A stretch of 34,947 bases of DNA from a virus: the UHGV virus genome UHGV-0108399; one strand, given 5' to 3'. The notes under the pieces are model-generated. The model was not told the origin of the DNA, ran no database searches, and worked only from the letters and a program-made list of their open reading frames with translations. Below, one piece after another: positions 1 to 8,140 of this stretch. Position numbers and translations under genes: made by a program. Numbering within the stretch: the stretch's first letter is position 1; the number at the start of each line of letters is the position of its first letter.

Positions 1-1161
1 TTACCTCGTATTTAAGTAAACTACGTTCTCCTCTTGTGCCGTATTTGTGCCATTGCGACTTATAATCGCATCGATTTTGCTCGCGTGCTCGGTGAGATGC
101 CCAGCTGAAAGGTGGGCGTATCTTTGAACCATTTCGAGAGTTTCCCATCCTCCCATCTCTTTAAGTGCAAGAAGAGAGACACCGGACTGAACCAGCCAGC
201 TTGCCCAGGTATGCCTCAGGTCATGGAAGCGGAAGTTGCTAATGCCTGCCCGCTTTAACGCTCCCTTCCATGCCTTGTTGCTGTCGGTTCTCATCTTCCT
301 TACCGCTGCTGTTTTTGTTCCGTCGCTTCGGTAGGCAGGTTTGGTGTGGACAAATACCCATCTCTTATGGAGCCCCTGCTGTTTTCTTAATATCTGGCAT
401 GCGGTTTCGTTAAGAGGAACTCCGATCGCATTGCCAGCTTTTGTTTCATCAGGGTGCATCCATGCCATTTTCTTATCCAGATCGACCTGTGACCACTCAA
501 GGTCTGTAACGTTGGAACGGCGAAGGCCTGTCGTGATTGCAAACATGACCACAGGGAAGAAATGAGGAGCAATTTCTGCAAACAGGCGCTTCGATTCCTC
601 CTCTGTAAGCCATCTGATGCGTCCATTCTTAACGCGTGGTGTTGATATTTTGGGTGCCCTGTCAAGCCATCCCCATTCAACAGCCATATTGAGAATGGCG
701 CGAAGTATTGCCAGATGCCTCGTCTTCGTTCCTTTGCTTGCCAGCTTTGGTTTATACTCCGGCACCGGATTGCCAAGTCGCAAACACCTGTCCCGGCTCA
801 TCTCCCAGTTCAGGCGATGGCGGCGGTTTTCCATCCCGTCTACCGCCTCCATTATTTTTTCTGTTGTTATGTCAGAGAGAATGGCTTCTCTGAAGTGCAA
901 CATCCAGAACGATATAATGCTCTTGTCATCATCAATGGACTTCTTATCCGATTTCTCACGCAGCCACCGTATGCAGGCTTCCTTGAATAGCTTTTTCGGT
1001 GATTCCCCGAGATTTTTTACTCTCCACGCTTCTGCTTTCAGACGATCGTGAAGTTCTTGCGCTTGCCTTTTGTCCGATGTTTCAAGAGAGCGTCTAACTC
1101 TTGATCCATCTGGCGCGACGAAATCGCAGTGCCACGTGCCACCGCGTAGTTTGATTGACAT
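1..1161 (-). CDS. int: Tyrosine recombinase / phage integrase (P22 Int-like)
   Basis: 386 aa; C-terminal catalytic motifs (HDLRHTWASWLVQ ... MVQRYAH) typical of tyrosine integrases; N-terminus resembles P22 Int; stop codon at window position 1-3. Confidence 0.9.
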   Translation of the reverse strand: MSIKLRGGTWHCDFVAPDGSRVRRSLETSDKRQAQELHDRLKAEAWRVKNLGESPKKLFKEACIRWLREKSDKKSIDDDKSIISFWMLHFREAILSDITTEKIMEAVDGMENRRHRLNWEMSRDRCLRLGNPVPEYKPKLASKGTKTRHLAILRAILNMAVEWGWLDRAPKISTPRVKNGRIRWLTEEESKRLFAEIAPHFFPVVMFAITTGLRRSNVTDLEWSQVDLDKKMAWMHPDETKAGNAIGVPLNETACQILRKQQGLHKRWVFVHTKPAYRSDGTKTAAVRKMRTDSNKAWKGALKRAGISNFRFHDLRHTWASWLVQSGVSLLALKEMGGWETLEMVQRYAHLSAGHLTEHASKIDAIISRNGTNTAQEENVVYLNTR

Positions 1162-1385
1162 GCTTTAACCTCCTGCACATCAACCGCATTCACCGCGCTA
1201 TTGTGTCTCACAGACTTAAGCGCCGCAATGCAGTCTGACTTGCAAATGCGATATGGGCTTTTAGGTTTATCTGGATTTATCTTTGCGGCCTGAAGTCGTC
1301 CACTTCGTATCCACTGCGTGATAGTGCCTTTGTCTACCTTCAGATACGACGCTGCCTCTTCACGAGTGAAGATTTCTTCTTCCAC
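1038..1385 (-). CDS. xis: Excisionase (P22 Xis-like, HTH)
   Basis: 115 aa directly upstream of int and overlapping its 5' end in another frame, as in P22; HTH-like segment TREEAASYLKVDKGTITQWIRSGRL. Confidence 0.75.
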   Translation of the reverse strand: MEEEIFTREEAASYLKVDKGTITQWIRSGRLQAAKINPDKPKSPYRICKSDCIAALKSVRHNSAVNAVDVQEVKACQSNYAVARGTAISSRQMDQELDALLKHRTKGKRKNFTIV

Positions 1386-1475
1386 CTGGAATCTCCATTT
1401 ATTGGATTGGTATTATTGCGGTAGGTCTGGATATCATTGAGCAATGAACAGGCCTCATCGAGTGTGAGGCTGTGG

Positions 1476-1820
1476 TTAGTCCTTGCGTAACTCGCTAATT
1501 CTTCTGTAAGTCTCTGGTGCTTTGTTCCCGTACGTCTTCATTTCAGACTTCAACAGAGCAACGAGTGAATCCCATTCGTTGAGGATTCCTTTGAATGCCG
1601 GAACGCGCTTTGCAACCTTGTCGAATGAATCTCTGATTTCTGGAATCTGCTCAACAAGTGCAACGCATCGTCTGAAATCGGCTGCGTCATGGGGAGCGCC
1701 GAAGTGATGACCATAGATATTCTTTTTCAGCCCACATGCGATTGAGGCAAGAGTTGCGCTACTGATGCCTACATCGCCAGTCGATTGCCATTTCAAAACC
1801 TTCATAGCCAAATCTGACAT
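1476..1820 (-). CDS. Hypothetical protein (114 aa; alternative start at 1847)
   Basis: ORF with GGAGA RBS about 6 nt before the ATG at 1820; the longer track ORF (start 1847) begins inside the upstream terminator hairpin. Confidence 0.5.
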   Translation of the reverse strand: MSDLAMKVLKWQSTGDVGISSATLASIACGLKKNIYGHHFGAPHDAADFRRCVALVEQIPEIRDSFDKVAKRVPAFKGILNEWDSLVALLKSEMKTYGNKAPETYRRISELRKD

Positions 1821-1834
1821 TTCTTGTCTCCAAT

Positions 1835-1862
1835 AAAAAACCGCCATCAGGCGGTTTGGTGT
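1835..1862 (-). terminator. Intrinsic terminator-like hairpin with T-run (AAACCGCC-TGAT-GGCGGTTT-TTTTATT)
   Basis: Perfect 8-bp stem and 4-nt loop followed by T-run on the minus strand; overlaps the stop codon of the small ORF 1847..2014. Confidence 0.5.
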
Positions 1863-2014
1863 TCTTTCAGTTCTTCAATTCGAATATTGGTTACGTCTGC
1901 ATGCGCTATCTGCGCCCATATCATCCAGTGGTTATAGCAGTCGTTGATGTCCTCTGCTTCGATAACTCTGTTGAATGGTTCTCCATTCCATTCACCTGTG
2001 ACTCGGAAGTGCAT
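1847..2014 (-). CDS. Small hypothetical protein (55 aa, MHFRVTGEWNGEPFNRVIEAEDINDCYNHWMIW...)
   Basis: Hand-translated ORF below the track size cutoff; GGAG RBS 7 nt upstream of ATG; TGA stop lies in the loop of the terminator hairpin. Confidence 0.35.
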   Translation of the reverse strand: MHFRVTGEWNGEPFNRVIEAEDINDCYNHWMIWAQIAHADVTNIRIEELKEHQTA

Positions 2015-2132
2015 TTATCATCTCCATAAAACAAAACTCGCCGTAGCGAGTTCAGATAAAAGAAATCCCCGCGAGTGCGAGGATTGTTATTCATTGCCGA
2101 TATTCACCTTTATCGCGAACATCTTTACCGGT

Positions 2133-2375
2133 TTATCTCCTTTGCATAGCACGTAATTTTTTCAGATGGTTCTCCTGTTCTGTTTCAGCCAGGATCTGGT
2201 GATATTCTCTGTGATCAATGTGTTCGAATAAATTATTGAATTTTCTGATGCACACTCTTCCAGGATAGCCATCCATCCTCTTGAAGAATACTGAGTGATC
2301 AGTACTACGAATGATTTTTACTGGATAGCCAGCGCTATCGGTGTATATCTGACCACGTTGAATCAGAGAGAACAT
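2133..2375 (-). CDS. Hypothetical protein (80 aa)
   Basis: Track ORF in the leftward early operon; no recognisable domain. Confidence 0.45.
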   Translation of the reverse strand: MFSLIQRGQIYTDSAGYPVKIIRSTDHSVFFKRMDGYPGRVCIRKFNNLFEHIDHREYHQILAETEQENHLKKLRAMQRR

Positions 2376-2441
2376 TCGTTTATCCCCAGATAAAAATATA
2401 GCAATACCAATTACATAAAATACTTCAGGCCAAGCATCATT

Positions 2442-3089
2442 TCACCCCTGCGGCGGTTCTGGCAGCGGCATCCAGTGTGATGGTATCCACGACGCACCAG
2501 GTATTACCCACCCATCATTAGCGTCAGGATGCCCCGGGATGTAAGTCGCCCATTTCATTCGCCAGTCACCTTTCCTGTCAAACTCCCTGGCAACAAGAAC
2601 GGCTGTTTTGGTATCCGGCATTCGCTCACTACAGCTTATCCAACCATCCGGAGTTACCGGATAGTTGCCAGCCAGCTCGTTCAACTTGTAAGTCTGGCTT
2701 ACAGGTTCGGCACCATGAAGCATGGCGGCACGGCAGGCATTCCAACCATCAACATAATCAAACGTATTGCCATCGTCTGGCTCGATTTCATCCGGCACTA
2801 CCGGCGCTGGTTGGGCGGTGACGTTGGAAAAGGCAGCACGCAACCCTGTCTTAATTTCCTCTACCTCATCAGCGCCTGGCGATGAATCTGACAGTGCGTG
2901 ATGGAATGCGTAAGCCATGTCGTCGTTGATTTCTACAGGCACACTATCAGCTTTGCGACGCTCCTGTAGCTCGCGCAGAGCCGCTGCAACATAATGACTA
3001 TTGTGCTGGTCAGCCCACAGAATGAGCCGAATCAACGTTGCATTTGAAACGTATTCGTCTGTTAGTTTGCTATTGGTAAAAATGGTCAT
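2442..3089 (-). CDS. DUF551-domain protein (Eaa-like early accessory protein)
   Basis: 215 aa; C-terminal W-rich region (WISCSERMPD ... WRMKW ... WMPLPEPP) resembles the DUF551 signature of lambdoid Eaa proteins; start overlaps the stop of the upstream gene (ATGA). Confidence 0.6.
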   Translation of the reverse strand: MTIFTNSKLTDEYVSNATLIRLILWADQHNSHYVAAALRELQERRKADSVPVEINDDMAYAFHHALSDSSPGADEVEEIKTGLRAAFSNVTAQPAPVVPDEIEPDDGNTFDYVDGWNACRAAMLHGAEPVSQTYKLNELAGNYPVTPDGWISCSERMPDTKTAVLVAREFDRKGDWRMKWATYIPGHPDANDGWVIPGASWIPSHWMPLPEPPQG

Positions 3090-3601
3090 GCCGCGTTTCC
3101 TTCTTTCTTATTAACAATTACACCGTCATATATTTCATTAAGGTGCCCTCTCAACTCCATGCGCCTTAATGCAGATAACATGTAATCGCATTCAACCTGC
3201 TTATTTCCAGTAAATGGCTTATCGTCAGGATTACCCCAACAGCAATTACCCTTGGGCCACCCATGTACTTTCCGTACTCTTCCGTTAACAACGTGAAGTA
3301 ATCCCCAGCCAGGTGGTAAATCCTCAATTGAAATAATTCCCGGCTCACTAATAAAGAATCGCCAGTCGCCCATTCCAAGAGACGGATTTTTACGAAAACG
3401 CTTTTTTCTATCTGCCAACAAGTCAGCACGAGAACATTTCGCCTCTATCAGGCATGATGCTGAATTTCTGAATCCCATAGCATCTGGCTGTTCTCCGGTA
3501 CTGGTTACAGCTATAAAGCGGTCATGAAAACAAACCTTGAACCCGTTGCGCTTAAGGAACTTGTACGCAATCTGACAGAGTTCGCGGTGTGTTAGCGCCA
3601 T
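3086..3601 (-). CDS. Putative PD-(D/E)xK-fold nuclease-like protein
   Basis: 171 aa; motif GEQPD ... CLIEAK matches the PD-x(n)-(D/E)xK arrangement of restriction-endonuclease-fold nucleases; translationally coupled to flanking genes. Confidence 0.45.
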   Translation of the reverse strand: MALTHRELCQIAYKFLKRNGFKVCFHDRFIAVTSTGEQPDAMGFRNSASCLIEAKCSRADLLADRKKRFRKNPSLGMGDWRFFISEPGIISIEDLPPGWGLLHVVNGRVRKVHGWPKGNCCWGNPDDKPFTGNKQVECDYMLSALRRMELRGHLNEIYDGVIVNKKEGNAA

Positions 3602-3602
3602 A

Positions 3603-3842
3603 TCACTCTCCTTTGATGCCAGTGTTTAGAACCTGACAAGCCTCTTTGAGCACCCAGTCAACAGCGTCTTTCCATGCTCCGGTTTCGGCTGGCGGATTCT
3701 CACGTTTTACCTGCTCATAGAAGCGCACTGCTTGAACCAGTCCTTCCGGCACTACTGGCGATGGCTGTTTAGCTTCTAAATCAGCAATTCTGTCAACCAC
3801 GGCATCGACAAGCTCTCTGTTAGTCATTCTTTTTCCGCTCAC
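3603..3842 (-). CDS. Hypothetical protein (79 aa, GTG start)
   Basis: Track ORF; start overlaps the stop of the upstream gene (GTGA). Confidence 0.45.
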   Translation of the reverse strand: MSGKRMTNRELVDAVVDRIADLEAKQPSPVVPEGLVQAVRFYEQVKRENPPAETGAWKDAVDWVLKEACQVLNTGIKGE

Positions 3843-4342
3843 TGGTTGCCTCCTTTGCGAAGCTCTGCAGCGAAATATACAGCTGCGGAAACAATAGCTG
3901 CATGTCGGTATTCACCATCAGAAAATAAAGAATCTCCCTTAAGTGCATTGACGATACTCTGATGATTTTTTGCCAGCATCTCCACGCCCTGCGCCCGTAC
4001 TTCAGCCAGAAAAGCATCGGTGGCGGGGGTGTCTGATTGCAGAGACTTTGCGCGATAGTCATTCCACCCTCTTGCATACATGTGATTAACTTGCACTCCA
4101 TCTTTTACGCAATATGCCTGCCCTCCACGGTTGATAACCTTGATTTCGTCCATAGCGCCAGACTTCAGCCCCGCATTCTCCGCTGCCAGCGCCGCGCACT
4201 TGGCCTGCGCTTCAGCAAATTTACGCACCAGATATTCAGCGTTTGTTTCGTTAACCTTTAAATCACTTGGGATGCATTTACCTTTCAGGAATCCATCCAT
4301 CTCAATTAGTGACATTTGTTTCATTTCTTCCCACTCCGCCAC
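3839..4342 (-). CDS. Hypothetical protein, coiled-coil N-terminus (possibly Ead/Ea22-like)
   Basis: 167 aa in the early-left accessory region; family assignment is a guess from composition and position. Confidence 0.5.
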   Translation of the reverse strand: MAEWEEMKQMSLIEMDGFLKGKCIPSDLKVNETNAEYLVRKFAEAQAKCAALAAENAGLKSGAMDEIKVINRGGQAYCVKDGVQVNHMYARGWNDYRAKSLQSDTPATDAFLAEVRAQGVEMLAKNHQSIVNALKGDSLFSDGEYRHAAIVSAAVYFAAELRKGGNQ

Positions 4343-4485
4343 ATCGCATTCAGATATTTGTTTTGATTTACTGATGGAAAAGAATTTCTCTTAAGCAATT
4401 CCTCTCTCGATGGCATTGGCTTTACGCGTTGGCGAATAATCATTTCTGCCGGAAGAATGCCGGGATTGTATGCAAGTCCTCTCAT
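4321..4485 (-). CDS. Small hypothetical protein (55 aa, [34 protein letters not shown]...)
   Basis: Internal ATG of track ORF 4321..4635 with GAGGA RBS, located just after the stop of ORF 4496..4789; the upstream part of the track ORF overlaps that gene in another frame. Confidence 0.3.
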   Translation of the reverse strand: MRGLAYNPGILPAEMIIRQRVKPMPSREELLKRNSFPSVNQNKYLNAMWRSGKK

Positions 4486-4495
4486 GGTAAATTCC

Positions 4496-4789
4496 TCAGT
4501 CATTACTGATAGCGCCATAGCGTGAGCGGTAATTACGCAGGCGCGGGTCAATTTCAGGGAAGTGGGTATATGTGGCTTTGCGGAATGGTCGGATTGATGT
4601 CTGGTAAATTCGCTCGCGTTCTTCTTTCTCTGCAAGCCATATACAATGGCGAAATTCCTTTTCCTCTTTCGTTTCCTGCGGTAGCGACATTATCCGGTTG
4701 TAGTTTTTCCTGAATTTATCCAGCACCTCCGATACGGAATTGCCGGAACAGCGGCGCGCGTCATCCGCACCATACAGAGGCGCTGGCAT
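4496..4789 (-). CDS. Hypothetical protein, 97 aa; possible Abc2-like anti-RecBCD protein
   Basis: Strong RBS AGGAGAAAATC-ATG; lies immediately downstream of the recombination module (ssb, SSAP), the position and size of P22 abc2. Assignment is by synteny and size only. Confidence 0.5.
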   Translation of the reverse strand: MPAPLYGADDARRCSGNSVSEVLDKFRKNYNRIMSLPQETKEEKEFRHCIWLAEKEERERIYQTSIRPFRKATYTHFPEIDPRLRNYRSRYGAISND

Positions 4790-4802
4790 GATTTTCTCCT
4801 GA

Positions 4803-5309
4803 TTAAATTGCGTGAATAGCGTGACGAGGGAAGGGGAGAGTTACTGGTGCAAAGGGTATATCGTCGTCAAAATCCATCGGAGGTTCGTTGTGTTGTGCTG
4901 GTGATGATTGCTGCTGTGGCTTCTGTGATTGCCTGCTGGCTGCTTGTTGTTTGCTGTCGCCAATGCCGCCAAGCATTTGCATCACGCCATTAATTCCGAC
5001 ATGAACCTCGGTTGTGTAACGGTCTTGCCCTGACTGGTCTTTCCACTTTCTGGTTCTCAGCATTCCCTCGAAATAAATCTGATCACCTTTTTTCACATAC
5101 TGCCCCACGACCTCAGCCAGTTTCCCGGATACAGCAACACGATGCCATTCAGTCAATTCCTTTTGCTCGCCAGTATTTTTATCTCGCCATTGTTCTGACG
5201 TGGCTATTGTCAGGTTAGCGAACGCTGTTCCTGATGGTGAGTATCGAACTTCCGGGTCTTGTCCTACCCGACCAAGGATAATCACCTTATTTACGCCTCT
5301 GCTTGCCAT
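4803..5309 (-). CDS. ssb: Single-stranded DNA-binding protein (SSB) with 15-aa extension after the DDDIPF tip
   Basis: OB-fold N-terminus ([36 protein letters not shown]), Q/S-rich linker, conserved [11 protein letters not shown] followed by [15 protein letters not shown] before the stop. Confidence 0.85.
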   Translation of the reverse strand: MASRGVNKVIILGRVGQDPEVRYSPSGTAFANLTIATSEQWRDKNTGEQKELTEWHRVAVSGKLAEVVGQYVKKGDQIYFEGMLRTRKWKDQSGQDRYTTEVHVGINGVMQMLGGIGDSKQQAASRQSQKPQQQSSPAQHNEPPMDFDDDIPFAPVTLPFPRHAIHAI

Positions 5310-6017
5310 TTATGCCGCCTGTTTTAGTTCGTTAACTCTGATGTTCATTACCTGAACGCATTTAGCCTGCGCCTCCTCGTTGCCAGCCATTAATTGCCAG
5401 TCACGCTGATAACGCTCGATGAGTTTTTTCTTGTCAGTTTCTGTTGACGCATAATCGCTGAAGTCTTTCAGGATTTGTTCGCAGTCAACCGATGGAGATT
5501 TCTGGTTGGTATTTTCTGGTGATGGTTTGTTATCTGATGCTGGGATTGCCCATCCCGGCAGCGATGGAGGGAGCCAGCAAAATCCTGTTCCATCCTTCAG
5601 TTTTGCCCTGTGCCACCCCTGCTTTTTATCGAGAGATGTTTGTGCGAAACCTTCCTCAAGGTTATACAGATACCGACCGATTCCCCACTGAACGGCAGCA
5701 CGCTTCATTGCACCTGAACGACCACCTTTGACGGCTTCTACCTGCGTGTTTTCAGCAGCATCCCATTTGGTTACCCATTCGGAATCAATCTTGATTGATA
5801 TGCCGCATTCAACTCCGCCGTTGTTGGGAATATCGCGGTATTCATTGCGCCATCCTGCTTTGCCGCAAACATCGTCCAGGCGTTTCATGATTGCCCTGTT
5901 CGTGACATAAGCCAGCACCATAGCCCACACCTTTCCATCGCGTGTTTTACCGCTTTGCTGTATTCGCCATTCGATATCTTCAGGGCTGAATGGCTCATCG
6001 AATTTGTTCAAATCCAT
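5310..6017 (-). CDS. Rad52/22-family single-strand annealing recombinase (SSAP)
   Basis: 235 aa; conserved core (VECGISIKIDSEWVTKWDAAEN ... AMKRAAVQWGIGRYLYNL) resembles the Rad52/22 phage recombinase family; sits between kil/cIII and ssb where lambda has bet and P22 has erf. Confidence 0.65.
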   Translation of the reverse strand: MDLNKFDEPFSPEDIEWRIQQSGKTRDGKVWAMVLAYVTNRAIMKRLDDVCGKAGWRNEYRDIPNNGGVECGISIKIDSEWVTKWDAAENTQVEAVKGGRSGAMKRAAVQWGIGRYLYNLEEGFAQTSLDKKQGWHRAKLKDGTGFCWLPPSLPGWAIPASDNKPSPENTNQKSPSVDCEQILKDFSDYASTETDKKKLIERYQRDWQLMAGNEEAQAKCVQVMNIRVNELKQAA

Positions 6018-6025
6018 AATTCACC

Positions 6026-6214
6026 TCAGAATGGTAATTCGGATGGGGAGGAAAGAAATTCGCGCTCATTCATGCGCTCTCTTTGTGCTTGCCATAAACA
6101 AAGTTGTTTCTTTGATTTATCTCCCGCTTTACGCCAGTAACGAGCCTCAGCAATGTGATACTCTCTTTTTAATCGACTTAACTCTGGGGTTTTCGCCAGT
6201 TCTACCGTAATCAT
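6026..6214 (-). CDS. Small hypothetical protein (62 aa; track ORF has an alternative start at 6226)
   Basis: GGAGG RBS before internal ATG; ATGA overlap with the kil-like stop; its TGA stop lies in the RBS of the recombinase gene. Position matches P22 arf, but no similarity is claimed. Confidence 0.4.
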   Translation of the reverse strand: MITVELAKTPELSRLKREYHIAEARYWRKAGDKSKKQLCLWQAQRERMNEREFLSSPSELPF

Positions 6215-6324
6215 TTTGACCTCCATTTTCTGTAGGCTTCGATGGCCTCACGAAACATCTTTTCATCGCCAATAAAAGTGGCGATAGTGAATTTAGTCTG
6301 GATAGCCATAAGTGTTTTATCCAT
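6211..6324 (-). CDS. kil: Kil-like host cell-division inhibitor (37 aa)
   Basis: MDKTLMAIQTKFTIATFIGDEKMFREAIEAYRKW matches my recollection of the lambda Kil N-terminus; ATG overlaps the cIII stop (ATGGATAA). Confidence 0.6.
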   Translation of the reverse strand: MDKTLMAIQTKFTIATFIGDEKMFREAIEAYRKWRSK

Positions 6325-6457
6325 TTTTGGGAACTCCTGGCTGATTAAGTACGTCGATGAGTCGTTTCCATCCGTCACGTAATTTACGGGTGATTCGTTC
6401 AAGTAAAGATTCGGAAGGGCAGCCAGCAACAGGCCACCCTGCAATGGCATATTGCAT
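6317..6457 (-). CDS. cIII: cIII (FtsH/HflB protease inhibitor), 46 aa
   Basis: Hand-translated, not in the track (<60 aa, different frame from track ORF 6211..6450): MQYAIAGWPVAGCPSESLLERITRKLRDGWKRLIDVLNQPGVPKNG, near-identical to the lambda cIII core; RBS TAAGGAG. Confidence 0.8.
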   Translation of the reverse strand: MQYAIAGWPVAGCPSESLLERITRKLRDGWKRLIDVLNQPGVPKNG

Positions 6458-6529
6458 GGTGTGCTCCTTATTTATACATAACGAAAAACGCCTCGAGTGA
6501 AGCGTTATTGGTATGCGGTAACGCCGCGC

Positions 6530-6898
6530 TCAGGCGGCTTTGATAGTCATATCATCTGAATCAAATATTCCTGATGTATCGATATCGGTAATTCTTATTC
6601 CTTCGCTACCATCCATTGGAGGCCATCCTTCCTGACCATTTCCATCATTCCAGTCGAACTCACACACAACACCATATGCATTTAAGTCGCTTGAAATTGC
6701 TATAAGCAGAGCATGTTGCGCCAGCATGATTAATACAGCATTTAATACAGAGCCGTGTTTATTGAGTCGGTATTCAGAGTCTGACCAGAAATTATTAATC
6801 TGGTGAAGTTTTTCCTCTGTCATTACGTCATGGTCGATTTCAATTTCTATTGATGCTTTCCAGTCGTAATCAATGATGTATTTTTTGATGTTTGACAT
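6530..6898 (-). CDS. Hypothetical protein (122 aa), acidic C-terminus
   Basis: Track ORF between cIII and sieB/N with GAGGA RBS; no confident family assignment. Confidence 0.5.
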   Translation of the reverse strand: MSNIKKYIIDYDWKASIEIEIDHDVMTEEKLHQINNFWSDSEYRLNKHGSVLNAVLIMLAQHALLIAISSDLNAYGVVCEFDWNDGNGQEGWPPMDGSEGIRITDIDTSGIFDSDDMTIKAA

Positions 6899-6915
6899 CT
6901 ATTCATATCCTCACA

Positions 6916-6944
6916 GATAAAAAATCGCCCTCACATTGGAGGGC
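6916..6944 (-). terminator. Intrinsic terminator in the pL operon (tL-like): GCCCTC-CAATGT-GAGGGC followed by GATTTTTTATC
   Basis: 6-bp GC stem followed by a T6 run on the minus strand, between the sieB/N region and ORF 6530..6898. Confidence 0.55.
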
Positions 6945-7158
6945 AAAGAAGATTTCCAATAATCAGAACAAGTCGGCTCCTGTTTAGTTACGAGCGACAT
7001 TGCTCAGTGTATTCACTCGTTGGAATGAATACACCGTGCAGTGTTTATTCGTATGCCTGTCTTTTAACCACATCAGGCTCGGTGGTTCTCGTGTACCCCT
7101 ACAGCGAGAAATCGGATAAACTCTATTCACCCCTACAGAGAGCAAAAGAGAAACGCCG

Positions 7159-7740
7159 ATGAACAACTCATGGTGGCAGGAACTAATGCATTTTTTCCTG
7201 CAAGGAATGACACTTAAACAGTTGATTCATATGCTAATCATCCTGATCATATTGATTATTGTTATGCCGGTAAGCGTAAAAGAATGGATAAACCTGCATA
7301 ATCCAGAAATCCTTCCTCATTACTGGATGTATTACATCCTGTTGTTTTGCGTTAGCTATGTGCTTAACGGCGTTGTTAATTCCGCTTATCACGCTGTGAC
7401 TGAAAGAATTGAGGTATTCGCTGCTCAGAAGCGCAAATCTAAAGAAGAGAAATACGTGCAAGATTTGTTTGATTCGTTAACTCTTGGAGAAAGAGCGTAT
7501 TTGGCACTCGCTGTAGTCGCTAATAACCAGCTACAAACGGAAAAGGGAAGCCCTGAAGCAATCTCATTGCTCGAAAAAGGGCTTCTTATTCGGATACCTT
7601 CTGCTACTGGATATCCTGAAATCGACCGTTTTGTTATCCCAGAACGCTATAGAAATGAGTGCTACATTAGGTTTGCTGGGAAGAAAGACAGTCTTATGGA
7701 TGAACTTATCGCTCAGGATAAGCACGGCAAAAACAAGTAA
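7159..7740 (+). CDS. sieB: Superinfection exclusion protein B (SieB)
   Basis: 193 aa; N-terminal MNNSWWQELMHFFLQGMTLKQLIHMLIILIIL... with transmembrane segments, matching lambda SieB as I recall it. Confidence 0.8.
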   Translation: MNNSWWQELMHFFLQGMTLKQLIHMLIILIILIIVMPVSVKEWINLHNPEILPHYWMYYILLFCVSYVLNGVVNSAYHAVTERIEVFAAQKRKSKEEKYVQDLFDSLTLGERAYLALAVVANNQLQTEKGSPEAISLLEKGLLIRIPSATGYPEIDRFVIPERYRNECYIRFAGKKDSLMDELIAQDKHGKNK

Positions 7741-7756
7741 TTAGCAAATTAATTTA

Positions 7757-8140
7757 TCATCTCGCCGTCAGTTGTTTTGATTTCCGGTAGCCTGCCGCGT
7801 AAATGGCTACGTTTGGAAGACATACACCAGTTTCTGGTTGCTTATGTCCAAACTCATTCGCGTACACAATGGCCGCTCGCTCCAGATTGCGTCTGTATTC
7901 TTTCTGTTGCCAGATCACGTCCTGTGCCATGAACTTAATTGGCTTAGCGTCTTCTATGCGCTCAGGCGTTTCGTGAGTACCTTTAGCCTGAATCTGCGCT
8001 CTGCTTAGAGTAGGGCGGTGTAATACTTCTGAACTTATTGCTTCTTCGCGGGCCAGTACGCCGTTAGCTAATGCCTTTGCCTTTAAACGCTCACGACGAC
8101 GAGAACGTGAATTGCCTTTGAACTGAGTTCTGCGTGTCAT
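7757..8140 (-). CDS. N: Antitermination protein N (P22 gp24 / phage 21 N type)
   Basis: Arginine-rich motif near N-terminus (GNSRSRRRERLKAKALANG), C-terminus AIYAAGYRKSKQLTAR; AGGAGG RBS; first gene downstream of pL and nutL. Confidence 0.75.
   Translation of the reverse strand: MTRRTQFKGNSRSRRRERLKAKALANGVLAREEAISSEVLHRPTLSRAQIQAKGTHETPERIEDAKPIKFMAQDVIWQQKEYRRNLERAAIVYANEFGHKQPETGVCLPNVAIYAAGYRKSKQLTAR

Noticed and set aside
6325-6450. N-terminal part of track ORF 6211..6450 (MPLQGGLLLAALPNLYLNES...)
   Set aside because: This frame overlaps the genuine cIII gene, which is in a different frame; only the C-terminal kil-like part (from ATG at 6324) is credible.
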